In this document: piece by piece, positions 50,231-64,000 of the stretch
How positions within the stretch are numbered: position 1 is the stretch's first letter
Layout of the letters: each line of letters starts with the position of its first letter
NCBI GenBank assembly: GCA_030704615.1
Contig: CM060731.1
Coordinates: 65,472,001 to 65,536,000 of the forward strand
Reading direction: 5' to 3'
Length of the DNA stretch: 64,000 nucleotides
Origin: Takakia lepidozioides
Lineage: Eukaryota > Plantae > Bryophyta
The notes under the pieces: model-generated
Told to the model about the DNA's origin: nothing
What the model saw: the letters and a program-made list of their open reading frames with translations, nothing else
Databases searched by the model: none
Program-made: the position numbers and the translations under genes

Positions 50231-53200
50231 CTACAATAAGCTCCCATTTGTGGCTTTCCTGGGCTTGCCGGGAACATCCAGGTTGGAATTAAGCAAAGAT
50301 TTCCCTTTGAGAAATTCAGTGTCTGTGGCCATTATATTGTCTTCAGTCCTAAGGTAGACACCAAGGTAGTTGAGATGATCCGAAATGCTGTTGCCTTTGA
50401 CTGACCTGCACCGTTCCCATAGCCAACAGGCAACATAAATATCAGGATTCATAAGACTCGAAATGAATGTGAGAACCACAAATAAGCACACTATGCCTGC
50501 TCTTCTCCCCCTTAATTCCCTGCCGTCCACCCCTCGTCTGTTACTCTGCAGGTAGCCCTTGAGCTAGATAGTAGTCCGCAGAGTAACAAAATAGTAATTT
50601 CATCTGGAAAACCCGCAATGGTCTGTACAGGCGTGCCCAAGCAACCTTCTCAGATGGAACACTCCAACCCCAGTAGAGGAATTAAATGGTCTTTTGAAGC
50701 TGTAGAAACAGACTGAAATCTTCCAAAAATCCATTGTTCACATAATGAATTCAATGTCAGTGATAGTGCTCCTGTTCTCTAAATGGAACATTGTTTGCAT
50801 TCTTTCAGCAACCTTTCAGTAGAGGTACACCCCATGGTTTTTGACTGACTAGAAGGGAGTGTTGAGAGGGAAAAGAAAAGAGGAAGATAGAATGCCAAGT
50901 GGAAGAGATGAAAGAAAGCCGACCTGCTACAGGTAGGGTCCTCCCCAGAACTGTCACAAACCCGCTCAAACTCATACTGCAGACGACCCACAGCAATCTT
51001 GAAGAGCCACACCCTGCATCAACTTTGATGCATCAATCTCTATTCACGTATACTCAACAGTCTAACCCAGATAATATTAAGCTGGATGTCAACCCTGTGC
51101 ATCAAGCAAGCAAATTTAGAATATGTCAGTCGAATACATGATACATGAAGCACACAATATATGTATGAATACATAACTGTACTCATGCAAGGACAGACTG
51201 ATTGCACTATTGACAAACAAAGCCCCTGAAGCAAAAACCAAACCAACCTACCAAGTGTGAACAAAGAACATCAGCAACAAAATTGCATATAGCCAGTAGC
51301 ATCTCAATATATGACAAGATTGAGACTCTCCAACTGAATAGACACATTCATGTTCCTAGAAAAACATTCTTTAAAAAAGGTCCACACTTCTGCCAAATTT
51401 AGCATAAGCTCTGAACATACAGAAATGATTGACCGCCACACACACATACCTCAGTTGCAAAATGATGGTAGGAACGTGGGCCTATCAGAGTGTAATAGGG
51501 AGGCAGATGTGGCACCAGATCGTTGGCATGTGTCATTCGAATAGTCCGAGGGACAAGCTCATTGTAATATACTGCAAACACAGAGTTCCCAATTCGTGGC
51601 TGCCCAAATGTGATAATCTCAATGTCTTGAACACCATAGTTCGCCTGCAAGGAAGCACTATTGTTTAGGGAGTAGAAGATGACAGAGAGTATTGTCCCTT
51701 CCTTCGACCAGTATCACTACTGATACCAGTTATTTGGCTTAGACCAACAGGTTAGGACCCAGTCAAATCTCTATGAGCCAGGACTTGCTTAAACCCTTTG
51801 TGCCTGCAAAAGTATTTTGTTGAGCAAAGGGACCTGCTTCTCATTTTGGAGCTAGTTCACAATTCAGCAAGCTTGACTGATTGTCTGATGACAAGAAAGT
51901 TTTGAGCCCTTGCAAGCCTGGGATGAGAGGGAGATGACCAAACGTACAGCGAGATCAAGTGCACAAAAGGAAGCCATAGCCCCTCCCATTGAGTGGCCTG
52001 TGACCAAGAAGTGGAGCCCATCCCTTTCCTGTTGTATAGCTTGAACAGCAGTGAGTATGCTGTCACGAACTGTGGTGTTGTGATATGCTGAATAGAACCC
52101 TTGATGTACCTGCCACAACATAGATCACAAGTCAAGATCATGAATTGCAAGTCGTCATGGAAAACAAGACTGCGGTTGGGGCCACGCCGTACGTTTGCTA
52201 GCTCCATGCCACCCATATGCTCGGTGATTCCCGTTCATAGGGAGTACCTAAAGTCCAATCTGGCTGGGCAGAGACAGGATTTCGGGTTTAGAGACTCAGT
52301 GTTTGGTGACTAATCAAAACCTTCAATCTGTACAGTCCTAGATGTCAAGTCATACACATTAAAAAGTAATCTGTAGTTTGGATATCATGCCTAAAAGCTT
52401 GTCTGGCATGCAGGAGAGAAGGTGAATAATGCCCTCCATAGCATCAGTGACACCCGGATAATTGAGATCAAGCTGTCTAAAGTACAAGTCCTCAGCCCAA
52501 TTCTGCACACTACCAGATATCCCCACCAGTAATCTGCGCGTTAGCCAACTCTCTTCTAAGCATGCAGATCTTTCTGGATACCACTGGACAAGCATCTGTT
52601 TAACAACATCTCTTAACAATAAAATGTGAAAAAAATCATGATTCAGGAGGGGAAAGGGGAGGAAGGAGTAGGAGGGAAGGAACAGAACGAGTGCCATATA
52701 TTTAGTTGTGAACACACACCTAACTGCCACACCTTGAAATCCTCCTCTACAACTATCAACCTGTGACAGAGGGAAGACAAAACTGATCATATCAACCACT
52801 AACAACAACTGAATGTAGTTTTGCAACTCTTTTGTTCCTAAATTCACCATCATCAAGGGAATACCTGCTTTCTTGGGTGCCACGAAATGCTATCACAATT
52901 GCATTCAAATTCTCCGCCACTCCAACAAAGGCCTGCATTTAACCAGTAATTATCTTTTGGTATTGACCGACCCCTGATCTAAATCACCAAGCTTCTGTCT
53001 GTCTTCCTTTCCCATCCATGCTCCGAAAGACACGTTGTCAGTACTGCTTGCACTCCAGCTCCGTTATTCACATTTATCTTGGTTGGAATATTTGAATTGC
53101 GATGCACATAGATGAAGTTCCAGCAAGCCTATGCATAAAAATTATAGTGCGTTACTTTCCTACCCGAAGAACAATTCATGCGAAATTTCCCCTCCCAACG

Positions 53201-54611
53201 AGTTGATCTCTCCTCCATGAGCCAAAGGCAAAACTCGCTGCAAGAGAGGATTAGCAAAGAGTAGCAGTTCAAGCATGCTGTTGCACCCTGGAGGCAATGT
53301 TGAACATCCACAACAAGAGTATGAATCTTGAATCCCTGCCATAATGTATTAACACAGATCCAACTCCAGATTCATCAATGAACCCTCCGTGGAAAGTAAG
53401 TAGACCTCCTGATGTGTGCAAGTAGGCCCATCCATTTACAAGCTCTTAAACACAGTTCAATCAGCAGCGGAGTATGACCATCATGATATCATGTCCATTG
53501 ACAATCTGATTTTCCTTTTTGCAAATTGTAATTCATTCGTTTGGTCCAGTGAAGAAACAAATACACCCACAGTGTACACAGAATCACAATACTCCTTTCA
53601 TAGTTTCCAACTTTCCCTCCTTCTCATAACTCATAAGCGAAGTTCACTGGACTGGGTAATAGCACAGCATCCCAAGATTTTCCGGTCCACGCCTTCTCAC
53701 CCAGCCTTGCGAAGTTTGACAATAAATATGTTCAAACCACAAAATACCATGGCCACAAATGAACCACAAATTGCACACGACAGGCCCACCTTGGTCAAAT
53801 CTTCACATCGTGAGCAGCTCCAAGAGAGCAGTGCAAGCTCATCTTCTATGTAGACCTATCCAAAACATTTGCCACTTTGTCAGGAGACACAAACCATATC
53901 AAAAGATTCCATAATTAGTCGAAAGGAACAATAGCACAAAAAACAGGAATGGGGCCCTTACCGCCGATGCATACTCCACAAGGATGAGAGCCATGGTTCT
54001 ATTATACCGACAGCCATTTGACATCTTTGTGACCACTTCCACTTCTGCAGAGTCAAACCATTTCCTACTGGACATTAGTGCTGGGCAAATGTGCATTGTA
54101 TCACCTATGTGTGATAACTATGGGCTGCAGACAGTTTTCCTCCAAACCATACCACTGTCTAAATGGACATGTATTTCACTTTCTTGTTCCCCTACTACAG
54201 ATCATGTTGGAAGCATAGCCGATCCCTGTGGAAGAACCAAGCCCTATGAGGAAAGCATACTTAAGACATCTGTTTTCAGTGAAGGCAGCCTCTGATTGTT
54301 AGGTTTACTGCAAGGTCACCAGGCCCAAGTATGGAAATCTGCCTCCCTGGTTATTATGAAATGCTCCTAGCTGCCCAGCAGACACAACCTGGTGTATCTC
54401 TCTCCACACTTTGCAGAGTTTGTTTGTGATAATTTTTCAACTAAGGATATCATCATCCCCATCAGCTTTTGCAAGAGACAGGAATCCCAGAGAAGAGGAG
54501 TCATTAACCTGTCTCGGCATCTGTGTTAGCAGCTGACGAGGCTGGAGCAAGGAGCAGAAGCAAGCTTATTGCTGCCCAAACCATGACTACCCTCCTCACA
54601 GCCACCTCCAT
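50231..54611 (-). CDS. Class-3 lipase, duplicated inverted copy
   Basis: Same exons and motifs as 16351-20727 (GHSMG in 51864-52121; GQPRIGN in 51399-51650); small indels. Confidence 0.88.
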
Positions 54612-54759
54612 TCTCCAATCTGTTCTCGCTCACGAATGAGAAGGCGACCAGGCACAAGAGAAATTATATGATGAGGCAAAGGATAACTGAGACCTGATCC
54701 CACAAGCTCTCCTTTTACAGTGGGGCCCAATCACTGATCCCAGAATTCGAATCCCGGAT

Positions 54760-54808
<49 letters not shown>

Positions 54809-55508
54809 TCTGAAGCACTGGGGTAAACTGGACACAACGAAGTCGTGCCAATCGGATGACCACTGTGCCACTTCAGATACGCAGACAGTACAAATGTCCT
54901 TCCTGACGATGTATCCAACTGGTGATCCCTACAACAATTTTCTCTGTGCCCCAATTAAGGTGGAACTACTGAGCCCAAATAAACACGGAAACTCTTCAGC
55001 TCATGCTTCCTCTCCGTGCATAATTTCAACAACCTATATACAGAAAAAGCACACACGCACATACACACTCACCCTTACCTCATATGCATGCCCAAGCTGA
55101 GCATATTCCAAAGAGACGGCGTCTCAAAAGCCACCCCGCCAATTCAGCAGCACAGAGCCCGCAAAACTTTGCAACCACGATGCTTCATGCTCTGCCAATT
55201 CTGAAACGCCGCCTTCCTACAATCCATCCGCTCTCACATTGCCTACCCATCCGCTTCCGTGTAGCAGATGCATAGCGTACGGGCCACAGCGAGTGAGAAG
55301 AAAGTAATTGTCGAGGAACGATGGTATCTCGCAGCAGCTGGGCTCTCGCAAATTCTCCACTGTTTCCTCGTCTTCATGTTCCTGTCGAGCCGACGGAAGC
55401 AAAGCTAATTCAGGGGGGGAAAGCGTCGATTCTCCATTATGTTTCCTGTCTATGATTTAGCTGATAAAGTAAATATATAGAGAGCGGTTAGTATATAGGT
55501 CTATATGG

Positions 55509-55577
55509 GCGGGGCTCAGTTGGGAAAGCGTCAGACTGAAGATCTGAAGATCGCGTGTTCGATCCACGCTCGCCGCA
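55509..55577 (+). tRNA. tRNA-Phe(GAA) duplicate lacking ATAG near the 5' end (pseudogene or read error)
   Basis: GCGGGG-CTCAGTTGGGAAAGCGTCAGACTGAAGATCTGAAGATCGCGTGTTCGATCCACGCTCGCCGCA followed by T-runs. Confidence 0.75.
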
Positions 55578-56996
55578 CGTTATTTTAATACTTTTTTTAT
55601 GTGAACATTCCAATATTCAATGAAGGGGTGTTGCCTGAGAGTCAACTAGGTGTTCATTGAGTTCGTAGCAAAGTGCTAGTAGGCTTTCCTTTAAGGGGGG
55701 AGGCTGGTTTATTGAATTAGGAGGGTATTCCCCATGCAGAGCTGCTGGCTACCAGGCTTTCTTTAAGGGGGGGCTGTCTTAGAGTCAAGAAAAAGTGAAT
55801 GAAATGGGTTTTTATTGCGGTAGGGTTATTGTGTGTGCTAGGTAGTAGTCATTTGTTAAAAAATGAGAGGTTGTAATCGTGAAGTACAATGCTAATCTTT
55901 CTTGCTTGGTCTCAGCAAGTGGTCACTGATACAATTTGCCACACTTCTTGATCTGGAATCTTCACGTCGGTAAATCGCAACAGTCAGAGACAAGTCTACC
56001 TCTCCTCTCTCTCTCTCTCGTTAGAACTGGAGTTTTGCTGTAAGAGTTGGCTGGTTTCCATGACTGCCTCACGTGAAGTTCCCTAAGTTCTCGTCTGATG
56101 TATCTATGGTGGTCCTATAGAGCGGTTCGAATTTCAAGTGAGTTTGGACCTTTGACTCTTGATTCTTATGGGCGTCGCCAGTTTATGTCCCGGATGGAAT
56201 TCCACTCCGTCCGTATTTTGTGGCAGTAGGGAAGCAACGAGACCTTAGAAAGTGAATTCCACTGTGCTTTTCCACTGAGCGCGAAAGAGAGCGCCAACGC
56301 CGGTGAAGGCTGTCCTTTGGCTTTTCGGGTGTGCGATCGTATCTAGAGGGCGAGAGAGACAAAGAGAAGGAAGTGAAAAGTACGATGAGCGGCGTCGCCG
56401 CCAGACCTCGGCAAGGCCTGCAGCGCCACCAAGTTAGTGGAGGTGTTGGCAATAGCGACAGCGGTAGCAGCGCTAAGCGAGCAAGCGGACGTTGTGCAAC
56501 AGTGGGCCCCACGCGGTCAGGCGGCCTCGATCGGCTCGTCCCCCAGCTTGTTCAGCCCCGACGCCGTACAGGCAGCCAGCTCCAGCCCTCACCACAACCC
56601 CTTTACTGCCTACTCCACCATCCCTGACAGTTCGCTCCCCAGAGCAACGAGAGGTGCTGAACACAGCCGCAAACTGCTCCTGCTAGAAGACCTGCTCCTC
56701 TTGGAAGACCCCAACGCCAATGTACCCCTACCCCTAGCTCACATGTTCCTGATGCGCACCAGAGTCCAAGCTCCAGACGCCAAGTTCAAGAAGAGTCGTC
56801 CTCTTCACAACGGTCTTCTCCACCGCTGATTCCAGGTTCTTATCTCCAATCTGTGCGATTTGCTGGAGTAGGGCGTCTTCAGTGTGGGAGAGGGAGCAGC
56901 GCCCAGAATGCATTGGAAACAATTCACATCTCAGAATTAGCAAAAAGATCACCTGCAGCTTCAGCTTCAGCTCACCGACCGAAGACTCCCACAGTG

Positions 56997-59900
56997 TGTC
57001 GCGGCCCTTTGCCTTGAGGGCAGGGGGTCGGGACACATGAGGGGCTGCCCCTGTGGTGGGGGCAGCGGCAGCGATAGGTATGGGGGCTGAAGCACCCTTG
57101 AGTGCCCAAGGCACTCAAGGAAGCGGAGGCGCTCACTAGGTGGAGCCCCGCACACCGGGTTGCGGTGGGGGTGGCTCCACAAGGGGTGGCGGTAGCTTAG
57201 TGGGACTTAGTTGGGGTGGTATAGGACTCACCATGGGGGCGGAGACCTCGTGGTGGAGTCGTGGGGAGTCTTGGGACTCATCACGGTCCATAGGGGCCGT
57301 GGTGAGCGGGCCAAGACTCACCGCGACTCACCACCGAGAATCGAGGGTCTTTGTGGTGGTTCGCCATAAAATGGCATGGCTGGTTGTGAAACCCCCCGCG
57401 GACAGCTACAGAAGTATATATAGGGAGTAGTAACCCCGAGAACGGTGCAAGCCCGTTGGTGTCCAAAAACTAGTGAGTAAGCAAGCGAGCCGGAAAGCGA
57501 CCAAAGAGTGGGAGCTGTTCCGGACTGCCATCTACCAAAGGGAATTCCACTAGGCCCAAATAGGTGGAGGGTCTTTCGGGAGAGCGAAGGGGGGACCGTT
57601 ATGTCCCGGTGAGCAGCCGAAGCTCTGAGTTGGCCCGGCGCCACTAGGTTGGTTCCAACCCAGTGAAGGTGTTCACGGACAATGTCACAGTGAATTTTTG
57701 CCACGCAGCCCAAGTTGTCCCCAAAACAACTTAGGTGGTAAGATACTTTGGCGGTGTTCGACGTGGATATCCAGTACAAACCGGGACGGGACAATGTGGT
57801 GGCCGATGCTTTAAGTAGAAAGCAGCAGCTCTTGTTGGTGTACAAGGGCGAGTCGGCACTCCAAAGGAAGATCCGGAAGGCTTGCCGGAATGAGCTGGCG
57901 AAGTCCGTGATGCAGGACTTGAGGATGGGGGTTAAATCGCAGTTCCACTTGCAAAATGGACTGCTCCGGTATAAGCAAAAACGTCTCTATGTGCCAAAGG
58001 GAGGGATCAGAGATAGCCTTTGAGAGAATGTCATGATAGCCCACTTGCGGGCCACGGCGGAGCCAAGCGCACTGCGGCACTCTTGAAGAAAGGGTATTTC
58101 TGGCCCAAACTGAGGGAGGAGGCAGAGGAGTATGTCAAGACATGCACCACATGCCAACAAAACCGGAGCGAGTACAAAAAGCAAGCGGGGCTGTTACAAC
58201 CCTTGCCGATTCCAGAGGGGACTTGGAAAGCGTCTCGATGGATTTCATGACTGCTATGCCGCTGTCAAAACGATTCGATCATCTGGTGGTGGTGGATAGG
58301 TTCAGTAAAATGGGCCATTTTATCCCCACCAAGGAGACGGCAACGGCGCAGGAGACAGGGCGACTTTACTTCGCCCACGTCTTAAAGCATCATGAGTCCC
58401 GAAGGATATTGTCTCGGACCGCGATCCAAAGTTTACGAGTAAATTCTGGAGAGCACTTTGGAAGAAGATGGGGACGGCTGAAGATGAGCACCGCCTTCCG
58501 ACCTACGACGGACGGCCAAACGGAAAGAGTGAATTCCGTAGTGAAGCAATTCTTGCGGAATTACGTGTCGGCAGACCAATCAGACTGGATGGAACACTTA
58601 GACGCAGCAGAGTTCTGTTATATAACACAGACACTCCGCAACGGGAGTTTCCCCTTTCGTATTGGTCTATGGAAAAGCACCTCTGGTGCCGACAAGTTGG
58701 GCCGCCCAGGACGTTGAGGAACCGGCAGTAGCGGCGGTACTGGAAGAACGCGAGCGTTTTGTGAAGCTCGCAAAGTACAATATTGCCAAAGCTAGGAAAC
58801 GGTATGAAAGGCAGGCGAATCGGAAGCGGAGGGAAGTGAAGTTTGAGGCAGGCACAGAGGTCTGGTTGAACATCAAGAATTTCCGACTACCTCCGGAAGT
58901 GAGTCCGAAGTTCGTACCTCCGTATGCGGGACCCTTTTGCATTCGGAAGGTTATGAATGAGGATGTGTATGAATTGGAGCTGCCAGCAAACAGCAAGGTG
59001 CACCCAGTATTCCATGTCTCCCTTTTGAAACCTTACTTCAAAGATGAAGCGCGTCCGAATCGGCATCAAGTGTTGCGTCCGCCACCTATGCTGTTGGATC
59101 ATGAAAATGAACCTGAGTACGAGGTGGAGGCAATACTTAAGTTGAGGAGGTTCAGGAACCGAGAAACAGAGTATCTCGTCAAATGGAAGGGCTATCATCA
59201 TGTGGAGGCACCTTGGGTGCGTGCCTCAGAAATGGGAAACGCATCCGAGGCGGTTGCAGCTTTCGAAGGGCGACCTCAAAAGCGGAAGAAGCGTTGATGG
59301 GGACATCAACCTTGGAGCGTGGGGGAGGAAATGCATGCTTAGCCCGGTTTAGCTAGCTCAGGAATCCGATTGCAAAAACTTGTATTCTACAAAATTTGTT
59401 ATAAAGGAAATGGGTTCCAAATATTGTGCGTCCTATTGTGTTTGGGAATGGTGATACATGGTGTGGTTGGCTAGTGTGTAGAATGCATGCTAGCTTACAA
59501 AAATGGGAGAGGTAAATTGGGTTAATCGTGTGTTTGCGCAGTGCCGAAATCGGGTGACTCCCATCCAAGGGGCAAGGAACTTGCGCCTTCTTTGGGAGTT
59601 CACGTGCTAGTGCGCACCTGGCGTGCGCGTACTATAACTGCACTACCGAGGGGGTTGCCTTGTAGTGCGGGCTAACGCGGAAGCTACGTGCTTCCGTTCA
59701 CGTACTATAATCGTGTAGCCTCGGACGAAGTCGTAGTGCGGCTTCGGCGTGTTCCCGTACCTCAGGCCAACATTCCAAGGCGGACCCAATTGTAGTGATT
59801 GGGGCGCACGGTTGGTTCAAGGTTATCTTCCTAGTCAAAGAGGTTCCAGGTGAACCCTTGCTCAAGGTGATGCCAACAGCGGCATCATGAGCGATCGCAA

Positions 59901-60920
59901 GCAATGTTGTTGGCAGTAAGGCGATTCGATCCTCGGGGAGGATCGTTCCTTGGCCTTGAAGTAGGCCAGAAGAGTGCACGGGAAGTAGCTGAGAGGCTCC
60001 ACCCTTGGCCGTGACTTGGATGAAGTCGGGCCGAACTAGCTAGTGGAGAGTAGAGTCAAGTGTGGGGTTTGGTTCTTTGCCATGGGACGCCATGGTACGA
60101 AACAAACTCCTTGCTGTGGGACGCCAACACTTGGATGTTCGTTTCTATCTACAAAATGGACACGTCGATGGGAGGACATCGACTCCCTGTTGGTAGGGGT
60201 GTGTGTCGCGGCCTTTTGCCTTAGAGGCGGGGTCTGGACCATGAGGGGCCACCCTGTGGTGGGGGCAGCGGCAGCGTAGGTATGGGGGGCTTGAGCACCC
60301 TTGAAGTGCCCAGGCACTCAGGGAAGCGGAGGCGCTCACTAGGTGGAGCCCCCCGACACCTGGTTGCGGTGGGGTGGCTCCACATGGCGTGGTGGTAGCT
60401 TAGTGGAACTTAGTGGGGGAGGTATAGGACTCACCATGGGGGCGGAGACCTCGTGGTGGAGTCGTGGGGAGTCTTGGGACTCAGCACGGTCCAAGGGGCC
60501 GTGGTGAGCGGGCCAATACTCACCGCGACTCACCACCGGGAATCGGGGTCTTCGTGGTGGTTCGCCATAAATGGCATGGCTGGTTGTCAAACCCCGCTGG
60601 ACAGCTACAGAAGTATATATGGCGTAGTAACCCCGGAACGGTGCAAAGCCCGTTGGTGTCCAAAAACTAGTGAGTAAGCAAGCGAGCCGGAAAGCGACCA
60701 AAGAGTGGGGACGATTTTTCCGGACTGCCATCTACCAAAGGGAATTCCACTAGGCCCAATAATGTGGAGGGTCTTTCGGGAGAGCGAAGGGGGGACCGTT
60801 ATGTCCCGATGAGCAGCCGAAGCTCCGAGTTGGCCCGCTGCCAGTTGGGAGTCAGGCGCGCGCATCAAAGCCGAGTAACTATGACGTGAAGGGGAGCTTA
60901 CCGAAGTGAGGTGCGCGACA
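56997..60920 (+). mobile_element. Chromovirus copy B, internally deleted (no PBS/gag/PR/RT), TSD CAGTG
   Basis: CAGTG at 56992-56996 and 60921-60925. The 5' LTR 56997-about 57643 is fused to RNaseH (VFTDN..FDVDIQYKPGRDNVVADALSR). Integrase-chromodomain ends at 59297; 3' LTR 60204-60920. Confidence 0.92.
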
Positions 60921-62748
60921 CAGTGTCTGTTGAGCCCTCCCCCACTGCGCCTCTTCTGTCAGGTTTCGAGGTCCCACGCACAGTCACTTCTTCTCCAGTT
61001 GTGCAGCCTGCATTGCCGACCCCATCACTTTTACCCCACCCCCCCACATGCGCATCTCTCATCAGACCGTACCCCCATGCCCGCTTCCGTTGTCTTTTTG
61101 CGCGCATTAGAGGGCTTTGCGCTACACTAGCGCACGTGTGCGGCTCTTCATCAGTCCACACAAATGGTACTTCTCCATTTCATCTCAGCCCAGGGACCTC
61201 GGCGTGAGCCTGTGTCACGTGAGCGCACCTGCGCTCACACGCGCCCGCCACGTCCAACCTTGCGCCAATGCCACATCACGGGCTCACTCCACGTCATCAC
61301 ACGGAAGGCCCAGTGTCACCACGCGCCCAGAAAGAAGTGAGTATATTCCCATCGCGGATTGGCACCCTTGTACCGCGGAAACACGCTGGACAACATAATG
61401 AAAGGCATTGGAATAAAGGATGGTATGAATGTACAGTTGGATGATAACTAGATGATGAGTGTGAAAACTGAATGTAGATGATGATGAGGGATGGATAAGA
61501 TTAAAATGGATGAATGTATATGGATGTTGAGCAATGACAAAAAGTCATGCCAGGAAGATGCAATGACCAAACTTTGACGATGCACAACGTATATGAAATG
61601 AGTGTGGAAGGTGTGTGGGGTGGATTAAGAGTACAGGATGAAGTACAATGGATGTTGACACAAGGAAAACATTCATGAATGGAGCACACATGAATACACT
61701 GTAGATGACTGCACAATGGCTATGAGAAGAGTCAGGGGGGTTTGTGAGATGATTCATACATATTGAAAGTTGATTTTGTGATTATATTTTTTCAAGAACA
61801 ACTACGTGGAGGAAGGGATTCAACGTTTTCCAGATAGTATGAAAATGAATATTAGAAGAATATAGTTCAGTCTGACTCAGAGTCAGTACAATGTATCCCC
61901 TCTCTGCATCCAGTCTAAGTATTTATAGACACCGGATCCACGCTGGATACACCTACGGCTGGCAGTAAAAAGTCAGGGGATAGGGACTCGGCCGCGTGAA
62001 GTGTCATTGCTTCGGCATAAACAGAAGCAGAAAATTGGAAAGGGGGCTGTCGAAAACATACTCGCCAGAAATGACTGTATCTCCTGAAGATCCACCGCTG
62101 CCTTTCCTGAAAGACAGCCTGAAAAAAGTTATTACTGTAACTTTGATGTTATTGAGAAAATTGAGTATGGCTCCCAAAGAGGGTTTAGCATTTACTCACA
62201 TGAAAGTCGTTGTCGACCTGCTTATCTTCGGGATCGTCATCATTTCGAATTTGAATCCGATCAGTCTGTGTGCCTGAAGTGGAGCCAGACAAAAAGGGGG
62301 AGGAGCACTGTGTTGTAGAGGTCAGAATCACCCTCCATGCCAAAAAGCTTCTTCCGCCTGCCTTGCATGCATGGTAAGTTGCTCCTGCACCCACACAGGA
62401 GGACATGAACAGTTTGGTGGGGGGATTTAAGCAGATGAAACTGTTGAAAGAAACCAATTCGGAAGGGAAAGAACGAACCTGTGGACACAGAAAGATCGAC
62501 CACCCGTGCAGAGTGGTGCTGCATGACTCCAGCAGTATTTGCATGAACGCTGGGGACTTTTCCTTTGCACCTCTCCAGGGAGTGCCATCTGGTCTCTTCA
62601 GAGTCTGACTGGACTGCATGAAGTTGTACAAAATGTCATCGACATGGGTCATAGGGGGTTTGATGAAACAACCCTGGTCAGAAATCTCAAAGCTGCGGAT
62701 GGAGGATGGTGTCTTGGATGTGAATCTTGCACAGCAGATCGCCTCGAA
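60921..62748 (-). repeat. Third (inverted) copy of CRE fragment + MULE right end + MTase C-terminal exons
   Basis: Reverse complement of about 14089-12246; PWRGAKEKSPAF..GATYHACKAGGR in ORF 62185-62652; noisy sequence. Confidence 0.85.
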
Positions 62749-62769
62749 GTGAGTCTCGAATTGAGTCGC

Positions 62770-64000
62770 GGTGAGTCGCGGTGAGTCTTGGCCCGCTCAC
62801 CACGGCCCCTATGGACCGTGATGAGTCCCAAGACTCCCCACGACTCCCACCACGAGGTCTCCGCCCCCATGGTGAGTCCTATACCACCCCAACTAAGTCC
62901 CACTAAGCTACCGCCACCCTTGTGGAGCCACCCCCACCGCAACCCGGTGTGCGGGGCTCCACCTAGTGAGCGCCTCCGCTTCCCTGAGTGCCTTGGGCAC
63001 TCAAGGGTGCTTCAGCCCCCCATACCTATCGCTGCCGCTGCCCCCACCACAGGGGCAGCCCCTCATGTGTCCCGACCCCCTGCCCTCAAGGCAAAGGGCC
63101 GCGACACACTGTGGGAGTTCTTCGGTCGGTGAAGCTGAAGCTGAAGCTGCAGGTGATCTTGTTTTGCTAATTCTGAGATGTGAATTGTTTCCAATGCATT
63201 CTGGGCGCTGCTCCCTCTCCACACTGAAGTCGCCCTACTCCAGCAAATCGCACAGATTGGAGATAAGAACCTGGAATCAGCGGTGGAGAAGACCGTTGTG
63301 AAGAGGACGACTCTTCTTGAACTTGGCGTCTGGAGCTTGGACTCTGGTGCGCATCAGGAACATGTGAGCTAGGGGTAGGGGTACATTGGCGTTGGGGTCT
63401 TCCAAGAGGAGCAGGTCTTCTAGCAGGAGCAGTTTGCGGCTGTGTTCAGCACCTCTCGTTGCTCTGGGGAGCGAACTGTCAGGGATGGTGGAGTAGGCAG
63501 TAAAGGGGTTGTGGTGAGGGCTGGAGCTGGCTGCCTGTACGGCGTCGGGGCTGAACAAGCTGGGGGACGAGCCGATCGAGGCCGCCTGACCGGCGTGGGG
63601 CCCACTGTTGCACAACGTCCGCTTGCTCGCTTAGCGCTGCTACCGCTGTCGCTATTGCCAACACCTCCACTAACTTGGTGGCGCTGCAGGCCTTGCCGAG
63701 GTCTGGCGGCGACGCCGCTCATCGTACTTTTCACTTCCTTCTCTTTGTCTCTCTCGCCCTCTAGATACGATCGCACACCCGAAAAGCCAAAGGACAGCCT
63801 TCACCGGCGTTGGCGCTCTCTTTCGCGCTCAGTGGAAAAGCACAGTGGAATTCACTTTCTAAAGGTCTCGTTGCTTCCCTACTGCCACAAAATACGGACG
63901 GAGTGGAAATTCCATCCGGGACATAAACTGGCGACGCCATAAGAATCAAGAGTCAAAGGTCCAAACTCACTTGAAATTCGAACCGCTCTACAGGACCACC
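62770..64000. repeat. Inverted LTR-B fragment (62770-63106) followed by a forward copy of the CRE 5'/host region
   Basis: Reverse complement of about 57332-56108; same LTR/CACTG junction as 56992-56997. Confidence 0.88.

Larger units (their letters stand above)
33080..56996. repeat. Inverted, circularly permuted copy of the 25-kb unit
   Basis: 33080-34385 = rc 14092-12781; 36601-46088 = rc of about 9773-128; 46160-56996 = rc of about 25050-14086. Confidence 0.9.

Noticed and set aside
59900-62000. Higher divergence suggesting an older copy
   Set aside because: Differences are mostly scattered 1-bp indels, typical of low-coverage long-read sequence.

Overview
Eukaryotic, transposon-dense DNA from a land plant. 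The intron-containing class-3 lipase, plant cytosolic tRNA-Phe and CSI1 fragment show this; a bryophyte/lycophyte-like source is only a guess. Frequent 1-bp indels suggest long-read consensus errors. The window is built from an approximately 25-kb unit repeated in tandem and inverted form. The unit is a CRE-clade non-LTR retrotransposon carrying an 11.3-kb Mutator-like DNA transposon (2507-13825, 11-bp TSD TGGGCTGAAAT), followed by host DNA (tRNA-Phe, lipase). The most notable element is the MULE. It encodes a GCM/WRKY-like + DDE + SWIM transposase on one strand. Divergently it carries a spliced gene with an N-terminal ParB/Sulfiredoxin-like domain (DGNHR) and a C-terminal beta-class N4C/N6A DNA-methyltransferase-like domain with degenerate motifs; an intron of this gene holds an array of 22-28-bp palindromes. 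A second, inverted MULE copy has lost most of the MTase part and carries captured host-gene fragments instead (CSI1, LEA-like). Two distinguishable chromovirus (Ty3/Gypsy) copies inserted 3 bp apart and in opposite orientation at one CRE site that is empty in another copy of the unit. Block map: 1-25066 unit fwd; 25067-27252 repeat of about 1-2075; 27253-29958 LTR-A 3' half (+); 29959-33079 LTR-A 5' half (-); 33080-56996 inverted unit with a foreign insert at 34386-36600; 56997-60920 LTR-B; 60921-62748 inverted CRE/MULE end; 62770-64000 LTR fragment plus fwd unit again. All family assignments come from motif recognition by eye; no searches were run.
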